DNA of 64,000 nucleotides from Psammoneis japonica (lineage: Eukaryota): assembly GCA_008632985.1 (NCBI GenBank), contig QPGO01000092.1:62001-126000 (forward strand), in the 5' to 3' direction. Shown one piece after another: positions 46,930 through 59,390 of this stretch. The position numbers were made by a program, and so were the translations under genes. Each line of letters starts with the position of its first letter. The stretch's first letter is position 1. The notes under the pieces were generated by a model. The model saw only the letters and a program-made list of their open reading frames with translations. It was not told the DNA's origin and did no database searches.

Positions 46930-49760
46930 ATCCAACAATCATGACATGACCCACCTTGTGAAAATCAGGCAAGGAGACAAGAATGGTCCACTGCAACGTT
47001 GTGTTGAAAACCACTTCAACCTGAGCAAAGATTGCAGGGAAGAGCACAAAGTTTTTGCTCATCACTGCCCCCCCCCCCCAGATCATGCAATGCATCTGTG
47101 ATGAAGATGGCAAGGTGGCACACAAGTTCTGGGCAGAGATTGACAAAGCAGAAGCTGAATCACATGACGGCTCAATGACTGAAGATTGCAGCCACTCTGA
47201 AAAGAATCCAAGCATGTTTGCACAAACACCAACCTGCCAGCATGAAAAAAAAGCCAAGCACACTGAGTTTGAGGACCTTGATGAGGACTTTCAAAAGAAC
47301 ATCTGGGCTGCACTCAGCCAAATGGCAGACATGAGCAAAGCCAAAACAGCAAAAGCAAAGGAAGCCACAGTGGCAGCCATGATGGCACCAGATGGATTGC
47401 CCTTGAATGAGCGTGAGAGCAAGGAATTTTCCTCTTTCATTGCAAAGGAGCTCAAAAACAAGGCTCTGGTGCTGCGAGAGGATGAGACCTCTGTTTCATT
47501 TTGACCAAGTTCCTCAAGTCTGCTTTGACCCTGTGCAGTTGCAGCAAAACTGGATTTGAAGAGCACTGCTTTTTGCATCTCTGCACATCATGCCATCAGT
47601 GAGCACAATGAAAAAGCTGCAATCCAAAATGAAGGCAAATGAAGGGTTCTTCCCTCCTTTGCATGGATGGTTCTTTGATGAAGAGGTCAACTGTGACAAG
47701 TGGAATGAGGGTCGTGATGTTGTTGGTGTGACAATGGCGGATGTGATGAAGCTTAAAGCTGGCCTTGTCATTTGGGTCAGCAATGACAAAGGAGTTGGCA
47801 TGACAAGCAAAACCTGACTCTCAATGAAAGGAATGGTGACAGAACTGCTGGAAGATGAAGCTGGAGAAAAAATGACATGAAATGTGAAGAGAAGCATGAG
47901 CCTGCAACAGGATCCACAACAGCAAATTCTTTTTGGACAATGGATCCCTCATGGGGGATGAGCAGCCAGAGCAAATGATGCACCAAGTCATCTTGTCTCA
48001 TGAACTTGCAGGTGTTAAAATGAGTGTCTTTGTCTCAAATGCAGGCAGGAGCAACTTTGGATTTTACAGGCTGCTTTGTGGCAGGAAAAGAACCCGGCTG
48101 TAGGATCTTAAGTTGGATGATTGCACAGTCAGCTTTGTGAACCCCGCAGATCTGACCAGGCAAGTGCACTTGTTCCCATGCTCTGCTCACAGGATCAAGA
48201 GCATGAGGAACAACCTGTGCCAAAGCAACTGGACCACAGGCACCCACACATTCAAATTTGATGGCGCTCCATTCAGCTGGGAACCTGTTCATGAGTCCTG
48301 CATTTGGGACAAGGAGAGAGGAGCAATGTCAGTGGGAGAGGGTGGCATGACTGAAGGGGCAGCAGATCTGGACAAATGGGAGTTGATGAGGGTTGGACCA
48401 GCAAAGAAGCAGCTGTTTGCCCCCAACACCACATTTGAACAAGCCTGTGCTCTTGCAACAAGCATTGGAAAAGAGAAGGAATGTCTGGTCAAGAAGAGTG
48501 CCACCATGTCCCACAATCTTTCTGCCATTGGGAAGTGCAGAAAGACAGAAGCCTTCTTCAATCAAAATGTTGATGGCAAGAAAGACAGGAGGAGGGTGCA
48601 AGCTTGAGTGAATGTGCTCAAGTGCTGCATCACCATTGGTTCTCTGAAACATTCATGAGCGCAAAGAGAAAACTCACAAAGGAAAACCTGGAGGAAACAA
48701 AGAGACAATCAGGAGCTCATTGTTTTTCAAAGAGTGGGTGGACCAACATGAAAAGTTAAAAAGGCAGAGGAATGAAGGAGATTGGGTGAAAAATTCAATG
48801 ACAAACACAACTCGACAAGCGATTTCTCTCCAAAGTGACATGGAACAATCTTTGACTCACCGCACTTGGGTTCTTAAGCTGTGCTTTGACTCACCACATT
48901 TGGGCTCTTAAGCTGTGCAGAGGCAGTGCTGTCACTGGAAGATGGGCCAAGGGAAGTCATGTTTCTGCACTCCAACCAGAGTGTGCTGGAGGCATCATTT
49001 TCTCAGATGCAATTAACGGGCTGGGACAAACTGCACATGCACATTTCTGGACTCGACACCGTCAATGCGGTCCACACTCTCATTGCCATGGAAAAGAATG
49101 GAACGCGTGCTAAAGACCAAGTGGGAGACATCAAGTGCGCTGACCCAGTGGAAGCTCTGACGCTTGCTGAGATGCCGAGCAATGTGCCACAACAGCTGAT
49201 GCCTGGATCTCTTCTTCTGCAATTGCCCCCCCCCCCCCATGGCTGCTGCTCTCTTTCCTCATCACTTCCAGTGCAAGGAAAATGCTTCCACCAAACTGAA
49301 AGAGCTGGTGGAGGCAAAAGCCTTGACTCCAAATGGATGCGATGGTCTGTTGAAGAATGATGATGAGTTTCATCAGCTCACAGGGGTCAGTGTGCACACT
49401 GTGAACAAAAGCTGGTTCAAGGCTGTTTGGACAATGACAAGTGCAGACAGGCTCACCTTCAATGTGTCATGTCAACACATCACATCATGGGTTCTTCTGC
49501 TGCCAAACTCAACGAGGGAGGCCAGGGCAAGCATTGCCCAGTTGGTCTTGGCTCTTTCTCAGCAGCTGCTGGATTGGGTGAGGAACTCAATGACTGACTT
49601 CTTGGCATCAAAACAAAGCACACAGAAGAAAGACTGTGGCGATGCATGGCTCAAGAAGGATGATGCGAATGGCGAGGTCATTCGATTCTTTGGTTGGGCG
49701 ATGTTTTCTCTTTGGAAGAAGCTTTCACGATGGCAAAAAATGGCAAAAGAGAATCACATG
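46930..49760 (+). pseudogene. Degenerate P-element/THAP9-like DNA transposase relic
   Basis: VHLFPCSAHRIKSMRNNL...FDGAPFSWEPV...ELMRVGPAK recalls the P-superfamily D/C-xx-H-x-x-K-xx-RNN, SW and KMxV motifs. Many stops and frameshifts. Confidence 0.5.
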
Positions 49761-50056
49761 AGTGACTGTCATTCACGAGGAGAACAAAGTCGCAACATGG
49801 GTTGGCTCACCTTGGTTTCCAAGCCTTGTCCTGTTGTTTGTTTATGTTCATGCGTGCGGCATTCGGTGCGGTGGCTTTTCTTTTCGAAATTTCATCATCA
49901 TCTGCAGCTGGCGGATTATTTTCCTGTGTCCGTTGGATCGTCGACAGGGCCAAGCCGGCTGTACATCATGCACTACAACAACCATGTGTCATCATTGCTG
50001 GTATTTACAGTAGTTATTTGAACAACAGAAACCAAGAGCGTGGAGTCGACTAGGGA

Positions 50057-51889
50057 CTACCCCCTTCGTTTCGTCCCACAAAAATCAATATTTCTTCGGA
50101 ATTGACTGACATGTTCCAGCGGAACATTCGAGGCATCTTCACCTCCCGCGTATCCCAAGTTGTCGTAGTGAGACAGAGTCGTGGCTAGAATGGCCACAAC
50201 CGTATCCATACCCAACTGTCGCCCAGGACATTTGTGTTGGCCCTTGCCAAAAAACGAAAATTTACGAAAAAGTACTTCATCAAAGTGACCATCCTCGTCG
50301 AGCCAGACGGTTGGGTCAAAGGTCGATGCTGGAGACTTTGCCCACTCTTCGCGTCCAACCTTGGTGGAAGTTTCTAAATTGTTGAAATCCGTCAACAAGA
50401 CAAAGCTTCCCTTCTTGAGAGTTTTGCCCTGTAGATCAAAATCTCGCATGGCACTCAGTGGCATGGCAAATTCGTAGCACCGCAAGGCTTCCGCCACGGT
50501 CGCTCTTACGAGATGGCACTTCTCCAGCTGATCTGCGGTGGTAATGACTCGGTTGGGACCACCCAACACGGCATCGACTTCCTTGCGGAGTTGGGGTTGC
50601 AACGCCTGTCGATCCGGATGCGACAACAACCACAATACACTTTCCGCAATGACTTCAATCGATTCGGCTCCGGTATAAATAAACGACGATGAGAATTGAA
50701 GAGCATCCGTTTTGGCAATTTTGCCATCTTGGAGGGAATGTTGAATCTGGCTCATGGGACATCTGGAAGGAATATCCTGGGATGCAAGGGCCTTGTCCAA
50801 ACCGTCCAAGAATTGTTTTGTAGAATCCAATGCTCCCGCGAGTCGCCATGGACGAAACAACGTCGTCAAGATTCCATTCGCACCAAAGTACTTCGTGATT
50901 TCGAATCCTTGGTGCTGGAGTTGTTGGGCCATTTGGTCACACACGACTGGATCTTTGGCCTGCGAGACTCCAAAAATAAATTCTCGATTGACCAAACCGG
51001 CAATGGGTTTGGAGATGCAATATCGGAAGTGGAGATTTGGGGTCTCGGCGTCGCTAGTTCCAGCCACGGCTTGCTTCATGATGTCTTGTACCTTCGGAGC
51101 AATTCTTTCCAAAAGTTCGCGTGACGGCTGTTTGTGGACGGCGGTATCCATCAGTGCTTTGCGTCCCTCCAAAACTACATGAGGATTGTTGCTTCCCATG
51201 CCCACATTGCGTGGCAATCCCAACAAAACTGTTGGAAGTTTTGTATTCACAAATGTGGACTTGACGTTTTGGGCGTTTCCTGTGACAATTGTGGCAGGAC
51301 CAATGGAAAAGACGTCGCCATAGTCTTGTTTCAAATCTTTTAGAAGGGTCAAAAAGCCTTTGGTTTGAATCGTCCAAAGAAGTTTGGGCATGTCTTGGAG
51401 GGAGGGCCCCTCAAACGTTTTGACTGTCTCGAATCCAAGTGCCAGTGTCCCGAGAACGCCGGCTGCTGTGGCCGCAAGCCAGGATGGATCCATTTCCGTA
51501 CTAGTGCTTGAGGAGACTGCCATCGCTGTGAGTACGGCAGTAACAGCGGCGGCCGATCTTGTAGAATGCTTCTTCTGGAACTCCACGACAAAGTTGTTCG
51601 CTTTGTGAAAGGGACACTCCTTGGAGGTACTTGTAGCAGCAGCAGGAGTAGACCCTTGTTCTGTGCAGGCGGTACTCGTCATCCTCGAAGAGGAGACGCT
51701 TGATGATTCAGGAAGCATGCTAGAGTCGTCACAAGAAGTGTGCTGAAGGAATGAGGACCGTTTGTGCTGCTGATCGTTGCTCTTTCCAGTAGAGTCACCG
51801 TTCTTCTTGTGGACCCCAAAGCCGTGGCTCCGTTGTGGGGCAAGGAGGAGACAAAGAAGAATCGATGTGGCACTGTATGGAAGTTTCAT
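50057..51889 (-). CDS. Cytochrome P450, intronless, with a putative bipartite targeting presequence
   Basis: Heme motif FGKGQHKCPG, ExxR (EALR), FDPTVW. N-terminal MKLPYSATSILLCLLLAPQRSHG-F followed by a Ser/Thr-rich stretch. Confidence 0.92.
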   Translation of the reverse strand: MKLPYSATSILLCLLLAPQRSHGFGVHKKNGDSTGKSNDQQHKRSSFLQHTSCDDSSMLPESSSVSSSRMTSTACTEQGSTPAAATSTSKECPFHKANNFVVEFQKKHSTRSAAAVTAVLTAMAVSSSTSTEMDPSWLAATAAGVLGTLALGFETVKTFEGPSLQDMPKLLWTIQTKGFLTLLKDLKQDYGDVFSIGPATIVTGNAQNVKSTFVNTKLPTVLLGLPRNVGMGSNNPHVVLEGRKALMDTAVHKQPSRELLERIAPKVQDIMKQAVAGTSDAETPNLHFRYCISKPIAGLVNREFIFGVSQAKDPVVCDQMAQQLQHQGFEITKYFGANGILTTLFRPWRLAGALDSTKQFLDGLDKALASQDIPSRCPMSQIQHSLQDGKIAKTDALQFSSSFIYTGAESIEVIAESVLWLLSHPDRQALQPQLRKEVDAVLGGPNRVITTADQLEKCHLVRATVAEALRCYEFAMPLSAMRDFDLQGKTLKKGSFVLLTDFNNLETSTKVGREEWAKSPASTFDPTVWLDEDGHFDEVLFRKFSFFGKGQHKCPGRQLGMDTVVAILATTLSHYDNLGYAGGEDASNVPLEHVSQFRRNIDFCGTKRRG

Positions 51890-54800
51890 ATTTTTTGCTT
51901 TGTAGTAGGTGTAAATTGTGAGACAGCATTCAATCGAGTACCGTATGATGGTTCAGAGAAAGAGATAAAACCGGTTTATGTAGCTTACCTGTACGGTAGG
52001 TTCCTCCCAAGCCGGGAGTGGGTTAGTCGCAAAGAGCAGGTTGGCATTTCGGAGCGTGAGAAATATGGAAATAGTGGAAGGTCGCGCAACAGAAAGGTGA
52101 AGGCCTCTCTCCTCTCTGTACATACCGGTAGTCTACCTTCACCTTTCTGTGAAGTGATAATTTGGTGTGAAGTGATCACGTAGAATTGTACGTATTTTTT
52201 CTAGTACTGAAATTCTGATCAGAACGCCACCAACTTATGTTCTGATTTTTATTAATTAATGTTTATAATCATTTGCATACAAATCGCCACAGTAAAGTTT
52301 GCCGTCGAGTTCCAGATGAGAGAAAAATCGGCATATGTCCGGTCACGTAGGTAGCTCCGAGTCTGAGGAGAAAACGCCATACGTTCAATTCGCACGTACG
52401 ATGGACAGACGTTTTACGACATTATGCTGCTGCGACAAAAACAAACCAACCATGATGCGGCAATGACCGATGTTTGATCTTGCCACCAAACCTTTTCCTG
52501 CCAAAAATGTCAACGCATGACATCCAAATTTTGCTGTGACAAGTGTGTCAATTGCAAGAGACGTGAGAGAAAACCCAAAAATGAACAACAAAAGCTCCTT
52601 CCTGCAGCTGTGCCGCTGCCCAGACTGCACATTTTCACAACTTGCATGGCAACAGCCAATGTTCTGTTTTTGCTGCCAAAATTGCTGATGATCAGCATGC
52701 TGTGCTGTTTCTCTTTGGCAAGTGTGCCAGTGAAAAGAGAGGCACAGCAGGAAAAAACCCAAGCAAGCAGGGCAAATGCAAAGAGGCCCTTTGTGCAGTT
52801 TTGCCACAAGACTCAGGCTCTCAGCTCTCACAGCTTGTGCACTTCAATTTAAGTTTGCACTTGACAGATTGAAGGCTGACTTTCAGCAATCAGGTGTCAG
52901 GTTCTGCTGTCACACTGTGCCTGTGAGCAGCAGTGCCAAGGTTGCTTGGCAATCCAGCAGCCAGCTCTCTGTGAAAAATGGCTGCAAAAGGAAAGGATCT
53001 GCCTGCTGCAACACAAGAGACAAGCAATCAAGAGTGCATTTTCCTGTGGTTTGGTGTCAAAGTAAATCTGCTTGTTTGTGGTGCTGTGCTGGCAAGACCA
53101 GCTGCGAGGCACAGCCCAGCCGCCACCAGCACAGCGGGTGCTGGCCTCCTCTCATGATGTTGGCATTGGGCCACATCATGCAGCTGTGCCGCTGCAGTCA
53201 AATGGCATTTCTGCCAGCTCTGCATGAAAAAATGATTGCAAAAGGAAAGGAGCCATCTGCGGTGCAAGAAACAAACAGCCGCCAAGCTCCCCACGGTGGT
53301 GGGCTGCTTGAAGTGCAGCAGCAGCTGCGCTCTGTGCTGGCCATCCAACAGAGATGAGTGGACCACAATGTTGGCTGCAAGATGAAAGGACTGTGTTGGT
53401 CACAACTGGTGCCAAACAAGTGCAGGAAATTTTCCTTTCATCCGAGAAAATTTGGGGGCTGCCAAGAGAGGAGCCCCCCATGACCCAAAACCCCACTCAG
53501 ACGTGTTCCAGCTGCACGTGAACCAAATCGTGCACAAAAACGACATTTGCACGATTTTTGTGCGGCCCCCAACTTGCGATCAAACTTTCACCACCAAAAG
53601 TGTGGATTCATCCAAGTGCAAATGTTTTGCAACACTGACAAGACTCGTGTGAGTGCTGCAGCGTCATTGTCATTGTGCCATCTGTGTTTTTCATTGTGTT
53701 AAAAGACTCGCAACACAACGGATGATTTTCGTCGAAAACATTGCCGTCACTTGGATGTCACCCAAATGTGTCTTTCTACGATGCCACTTGGTGGGTTTTC
53801 TACCTGCAAAGAAATCTCAGCACAAATCTGCTGACGTGCAATCAGCGTTGAGTCTGCTGAGGAAGTTTGTGATGTGTGTCCCATGAGGACTTGAGTGCCC
53901 CTCAAAAAACTGTTTGACTTTTTCTGCACCCACGCGGTTTCGCGTGATTGCCCCATTTAAACAAAATTTTCAATTGCGAAGAATGCCAACACAAACAACA
54001 AAACTTTTCCATTCAAACAAATGCAAACAAATGTGTGCTGTTTCGACCGTGACAGTTTTGTCCAATGGCATTGCAAGCCCTGGGACAGACTTTGGACCTG
54101 CAGTTTGGACAATTGCAAAGAGATCCGTGCCACACACACAACCGGATGACACATCTGAATGGACCAGGGCAACAGGGTGCAAAAAAGTGACGGACAGATG
54201 CATGCATGCTGGGGACGCATGCAGACACCATGGAAGAGTGACTTTTGGCAACAATTTCCAAAATCTTCTGTCCTGTTCAAAGTTTTGCATTGTGCATGGG
54301 TTTTGTCAGCAGGGCTGTGCACCCTGCTTCACAAGTGTCTAAACTGAATGTCTGTGGGTCAAAATGTGTCAAGCCGAGCCATTCTTCTGAAGCTGCTGAC
54401 AAAGAGGAAAGGCAACATTTTCCACTCAAACAACATGACACCAGGAAATGTGTGACCAAACATGTGAACAATGATGAAATGACAACCACACTTGAGTCAA
54501 TTAGAGAAAACACCGGGACAAAAAATTTTGTCCCGCGGGTGCAGAAAAAGTTAAATGTTCACACTCTAGAAGCCTGCAGAAGTCAATCTGTCCAAGCATT
54601 TCATGTGAAAATGCTGCATGCACTAAAAGATGCACAAATTGCACTCAAAATCGATTGTTGTTTTGTGCGTCACCTGGGACTGGAACACGCCCTCATGCTC
54701 ACATCTTGATTTCCCCCTTGTTGGCTTGTCAAATGAAGAAAACAAAGAGGCTTTCCTCTTTTGTTTTGTTGCACAATGTGCGCCAGATTTGCCACACCAA

Positions 54801-55851
54801 TTTGAGCTTTTGTGGGCTTGCTTGGAGCAGATCACACTTGAAGAGACCATGGAAGCACATCTTTTTGTCCTTGAGAAAGTGCCTCCCAATGGTGTCTGCC
54901 TCACTCATTGAGTGCACTGCACAAAAAGAGGTGTTTTGGCAGCCACAGGCTCTGCGCAAATCAACTTCTAGATGAAAGGTTCATGATGGTTGCAACCACG
55001 CATTGAATCACCAATTGTTTTTTCCTTTTCTTGTTTTCTTGCATTTCCTTGTCTAGGAAATTCAGTGCCAAACAAGGAATTCCCTGTGATCGAAAACCTG
55101 TGATGATGCGGTGATTGGCACATTGACAATGATTCCGTCTGTGGCGTCGCTGTCAAATTTGCACTGGAAAACCATGTGGGTTTCTACTTGTCACCATCAA
55201 AATGGAATTGTGTCATCATCAAATTCTACACAAACCCTGGTGCATTTCCTGCACAGTTTGTAAAGAGCTGCCTGCGCAACTGGACGATTGCCGAAACCAG
55301 GCCTGCGGGGAGCATTGACCACTTGTCTTTCTTTGTGGGTGTGGGTGTGTGCCATTGCATGCTGCATTGCCTGTGCGCACGCAGGGCCCCAGTGGCATTG
55401 TGGCAGCTGAGTGGCATGGCCACCGCACTGGTGACGTGGATGACCATTGTGTTTGATGTCTCATGCCATTTTTGGGGCTGCAGCGAAGGTGCACGGACAC
55501 TCTTTTTTTTCCAATTTATCACCACAACAGTGCATTGCACAAACTCACTTGTTGCTTGACATGTTTTCCCAAATGTGACTGTTTCGTGTGGAATTCACGA
55601 TAAATTGTCTTTGTTTGTAACTGAACACATTTTTCAACATGCCACGCCGGCAATCCCAATTTTTGAGAACTTTCGAGCTCTCCTGAAAAACCGTGCCACG
55701 CACCCGTCGCAGGGAATTTGTTGATTTTTTAGGATGTCCCCACGACCTCTCATGTCCTCAATGATCATTCTGCAAATCCAAAGAGTTCATCTGCACTAAA
55801 CAACCCATCCCGTTCCAAAATCTGAGGGACACACTTTCAAATTCAGACGAA

Positions 55852-55915
55852 CTGCCCGACTGCCCAACTGCCCGACCCCCCGACTGCCCGACTGCCCAAC
55901 TGCCCGACTGCCGGA
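55852..55915 (+). repeat. 8-bp minisatellite (ctgcccga/ctgcccaa), about 8 copies
   Basis: Directly visible. Two units carry CG->CA. Confidence 0.85.
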
Positions 55916-56282
55916 CCAACACGAAAAAGTCTGCAATCACCAACCACTGAGTGGTCAATGAAATCTTTCCCTCCGCCGTCTCATCTCTCATCTCTCTTCT
56001 GCTCAACTTCTCACTGAGAAAAAAAAAACGCAAAAACCATCATCCCGACTCGTCGACCATGGCGCTCCAGTTCTGAACCCATCGTCCACACTGTTGAGCT
56101 GTTGATGCACCACTCGATTTGCAAGAGTTGACATGACAAGAGACTGTGCGCAGCATGTGCGCAATGCATTGTCGCACCATTTTTTTCTGTCATTGTCGAC
56201 ATGCATCCCAGCAGTGATTTTGCATGAGGTTTGAATTTTGTGATGATCCGCGCGCAACAATCAGCTCGACACAAATTTCAAA

Positions 56283-59200
56283 AATGCCCACAACATGAAG
56301 TGGACTTGTCTTGCAATGGCAACCTGTGTTTGCCACCATGTGCATTCATCCTCAGTGCATTGACACTGTCACTGCTCCTTCACCGGCGGATGCATTCAAG
56401 CCTTTGGAAAAAGCCAAGGAGAAAGGTAGAGCAAAGGGAACAAAATGCCCACGTGTGGACAAGTCTTTGAAGTTTCACACTCTTGTGGACTTCCATGCAA
56501 ATGGCAATGGAGTTTCTTTGAGCTGTTGCTGCCAGAATGTCCGCCCCGAGCACAGCAGCTGTCACAACACCCTGAATCGGGCATGGGGAGAAAGTGGACT
56601 TCGTCGTCTTCATCAAGAAAATGCTTCAGTGGAGAAAGCACAAGAAGCCATTTGCAACCATTTTGGAGCAAAAGACAAGAAGGCAAAGGAGGCAACCACT
56701 GCCTTGCACAAGGGGAACAGAGCTCTTGCTGACAACAAAGAGCAGCACGTTGTTGAAGTTTGCTGCTGGTTGGGTCAGATGGGGCGCAGAGCATCAAAGG
56801 ATGCCATTCTTGAGATTGTGAATGACTTGGCCAATGAGCACATTGGTGAGCATGAAAAACCATCTGTGTCTGATTGTTTTGTGCACTCCATGCTCCAACG
56901 CCATCCAAAGCTAGCAAAACTAGCTCAAGCTTCAAGTTTGGACCCAATTCGTGCTGAGCAGGGGACAAAAGAGGTTCGGGACGCATGTTTTGCAAAGTTG
57001 CAGTCTTTTGTGAAGCATCTCCATGCTGCAGGTAAAATTGATGTTGATTGCATTGAGAAGCTTGAGGCTTTTAGAAAATGCAACATGGATGAAGTTGCAA
57101 TGGATGCTGTGAAATGCTGCAAGAAAGTGCCAGTCTTCAAGGAGGTCATGAAGAAGTTGCACATTTTTCAGAGGACTCCCGAGGGCAATGGCAAGATGAG
57201 CCATCATCTTGCCATGTGTGTCACTTCTAGAGCAGATGGCAAGTGAAGGGGCGCTGCTTTGTTTGTTGTTGCTGCCTTGCTCTGGACAATTGTTGAGTGC
57301 ACTTGCCTTGTGCCCGTCCGCCTCCACAGGCATCAACGCAATTCCGCGCCAAGAAATTGAAGGTGCCCCGCCGCCGTTCCTTGCACATGCCTCCAAATCC
57401 AAAAGAAGACCAATGACTCCAACCGCGTTGATGCTCCAGAAGACGAGGCTGCTGTTGGTGAAATGCATCTTGACGGCCTCGCCCCAGCAAATCCCAACCC
57501 CAGCGCCAAGTTCAGCGACAACCCACGTGGCTTTGATGTCCGGACAACCACAAACGGAAGCACATGGAAAAAGATGCAATGCTCGACTTTGCCATTCATC
57601 ACCGCAAGAACCTTCCCAAGGGTCAAGGAAAAACAAGTTGCGTGACAGACTGGACGCAACCAAACGATCGAGGTGTCAACAAATGCCTGCATGCCAAGAT
57701 TGAGGAAGAGGCAAAGAGGGCCAGGCACGAGAGCGGTCTTGCAAAAGGAGTGCAATTGACAAACCAAGTTTTTCTTGCTGCTTGGAAGGCTTGCCTTGAA
57801 GCTGAGAAGGCCGAGCTCTTGTCCAAAGGAAGCAATGTCTCTGCACAAGCACCTGGAAGGAAACCGGACTCAAGCCAATCAACCCCGATTGCGTGGCGTG
57901 GACGGAAGTGCTGGAGACAATGGGGGCCGCACACGACCTCGCCCCAGAATCGCAAAGAGAAAAGGAGGAACAAGCACAAGAGCAACAAAAACAAGAGTGG
58001 GAAATTGAGCCTCTCCCACCTGACAACCGAGTTGCCATTGTTGAGAGATCAAGAAATGTTCTCCGCCAGGGCTGCAACGACGACGACAACCTGCTTCATG
58101 ACTTGGATGTTGCGGTTCCAGTGGCAAAATCAATGTTGGCAAAATGGAGAGAGGACACAGAGTGCAAGAGTGAGAAACCAGAGCCAACAAGCAAACAAGA
58201 AGAGCTGGCTGTGCAACTTGCACAATGTTGCTTGCCTGATGCGGCGTCACTGCCTCGTGCAGTGGAAAAGACGAAAGAGGAGCACATGTGAGATTGGACT
58301 GCAATGGTGCTGCGTTTGGTGTGACCTTTCATTGATGCCATTGAAGTGCAATTTTTTGATCCCACTGGCGCAACCTTTGATGGAGTTGTTGCACTCCAAA
58401 GCAATCCAAATTGGAAGCTGGTGCTGGAAGATGGGGCTGAGCACATTGTGACCGAGAGCGATTTGTTGGATGCTTCTAAGCACCGCGTCAACCCCAAAAA
58501 ATTTCTGAAAGATCTTGCTGCAACCAGAAGAGAGCATCTGCACAAAAGGCAACAGAGACAGAGAGAGCAGACAGCATCAATTGAAGCTGCAAAACAGAAG
58601 GCTTCTGAACAGTGCAGTGAAATGTTCAAAGTCTGGTGTCAACAACAGCAAGGGAAAACAATTGGTGAGAGCTTTTCTTTTCAGGATTTTTTGCAATTGA
58701 AAGGGATGATTGAGAAACCACATGTTGCGATGATCGACAGCTTCAAAGCAGAGGTGAGCAGCAGTGGTGCAAATGCCATCAGCATCGCAGTGCGTGCAAC
58801 AATGTTGAATGTGCTTGCCGGTTTCAAGCGAAAGGATGTGGTTGCCGGCACAGCAGGTGCTTCCAAACAACTGCCCAAAAAGAAGAGACGTGGAGCCATT
58901 GTCAAGACAGCATGAGGTGAGAATGCAATTGTTGCCATGCACCGCACCAAGACAAGGATGATCAAGGTGGGCAAGGCAGAGCAAACAAAACTGAAGGCTG
59001 ACATCACCAAGCAATCAAAAGCGCTCAACGAGTTTGATGCACTTCGATCCAGCACGCCTCAGCACGGTGAGTGCGAAGACATTGAAGGGAGATGAGCTGA
59101 AGATCTTGATTTGGCTGGTTTGGACAAATGCCGGTTTGTCAGGGAAGAGCATTGAAGCAAAGAAGAAGGAGCTTAAAGAGCGGAACATTGCAAAAGAATG

Positions 59201-59390
59201 TCTCGACTCTGTTTGCATTCAGAAAAGGCGCGATCTTGATGACCTCAAATCAAAGCTTCACGACTCTTCGGCTGACAGTGATTCGGACGATGAAGACCAA
59301 GAAGAGTTGGCTCAAATGTACAATCATCTGCATCATCTGGACACTTTGTGCAAATTTTCATGAACGGTTGTGATGAGAACCAAATTTTGT
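56283..59390 (+). pseudogene. Degenerate pogo/Fot1-like (DDE_1) transposase relic
   Basis: CENP-B-like segment (FVHSMLQRHPKL), ASSLDPIRA, NMDE (~57082), TTNGS and TQPND.GVN (~57655). The middle catalytic Asp region appears deleted. Probable intron after ADGK. Confidence 0.65.

Noticed and set aside
34345..49850. Classical fungal RIP or plain CpG decay as the full explanation
   Set aside because: RIP raises TpA and lowers CpA/TpG, the opposite of what is seen. CpG decay cannot turn Tyr codons into Cys/His.
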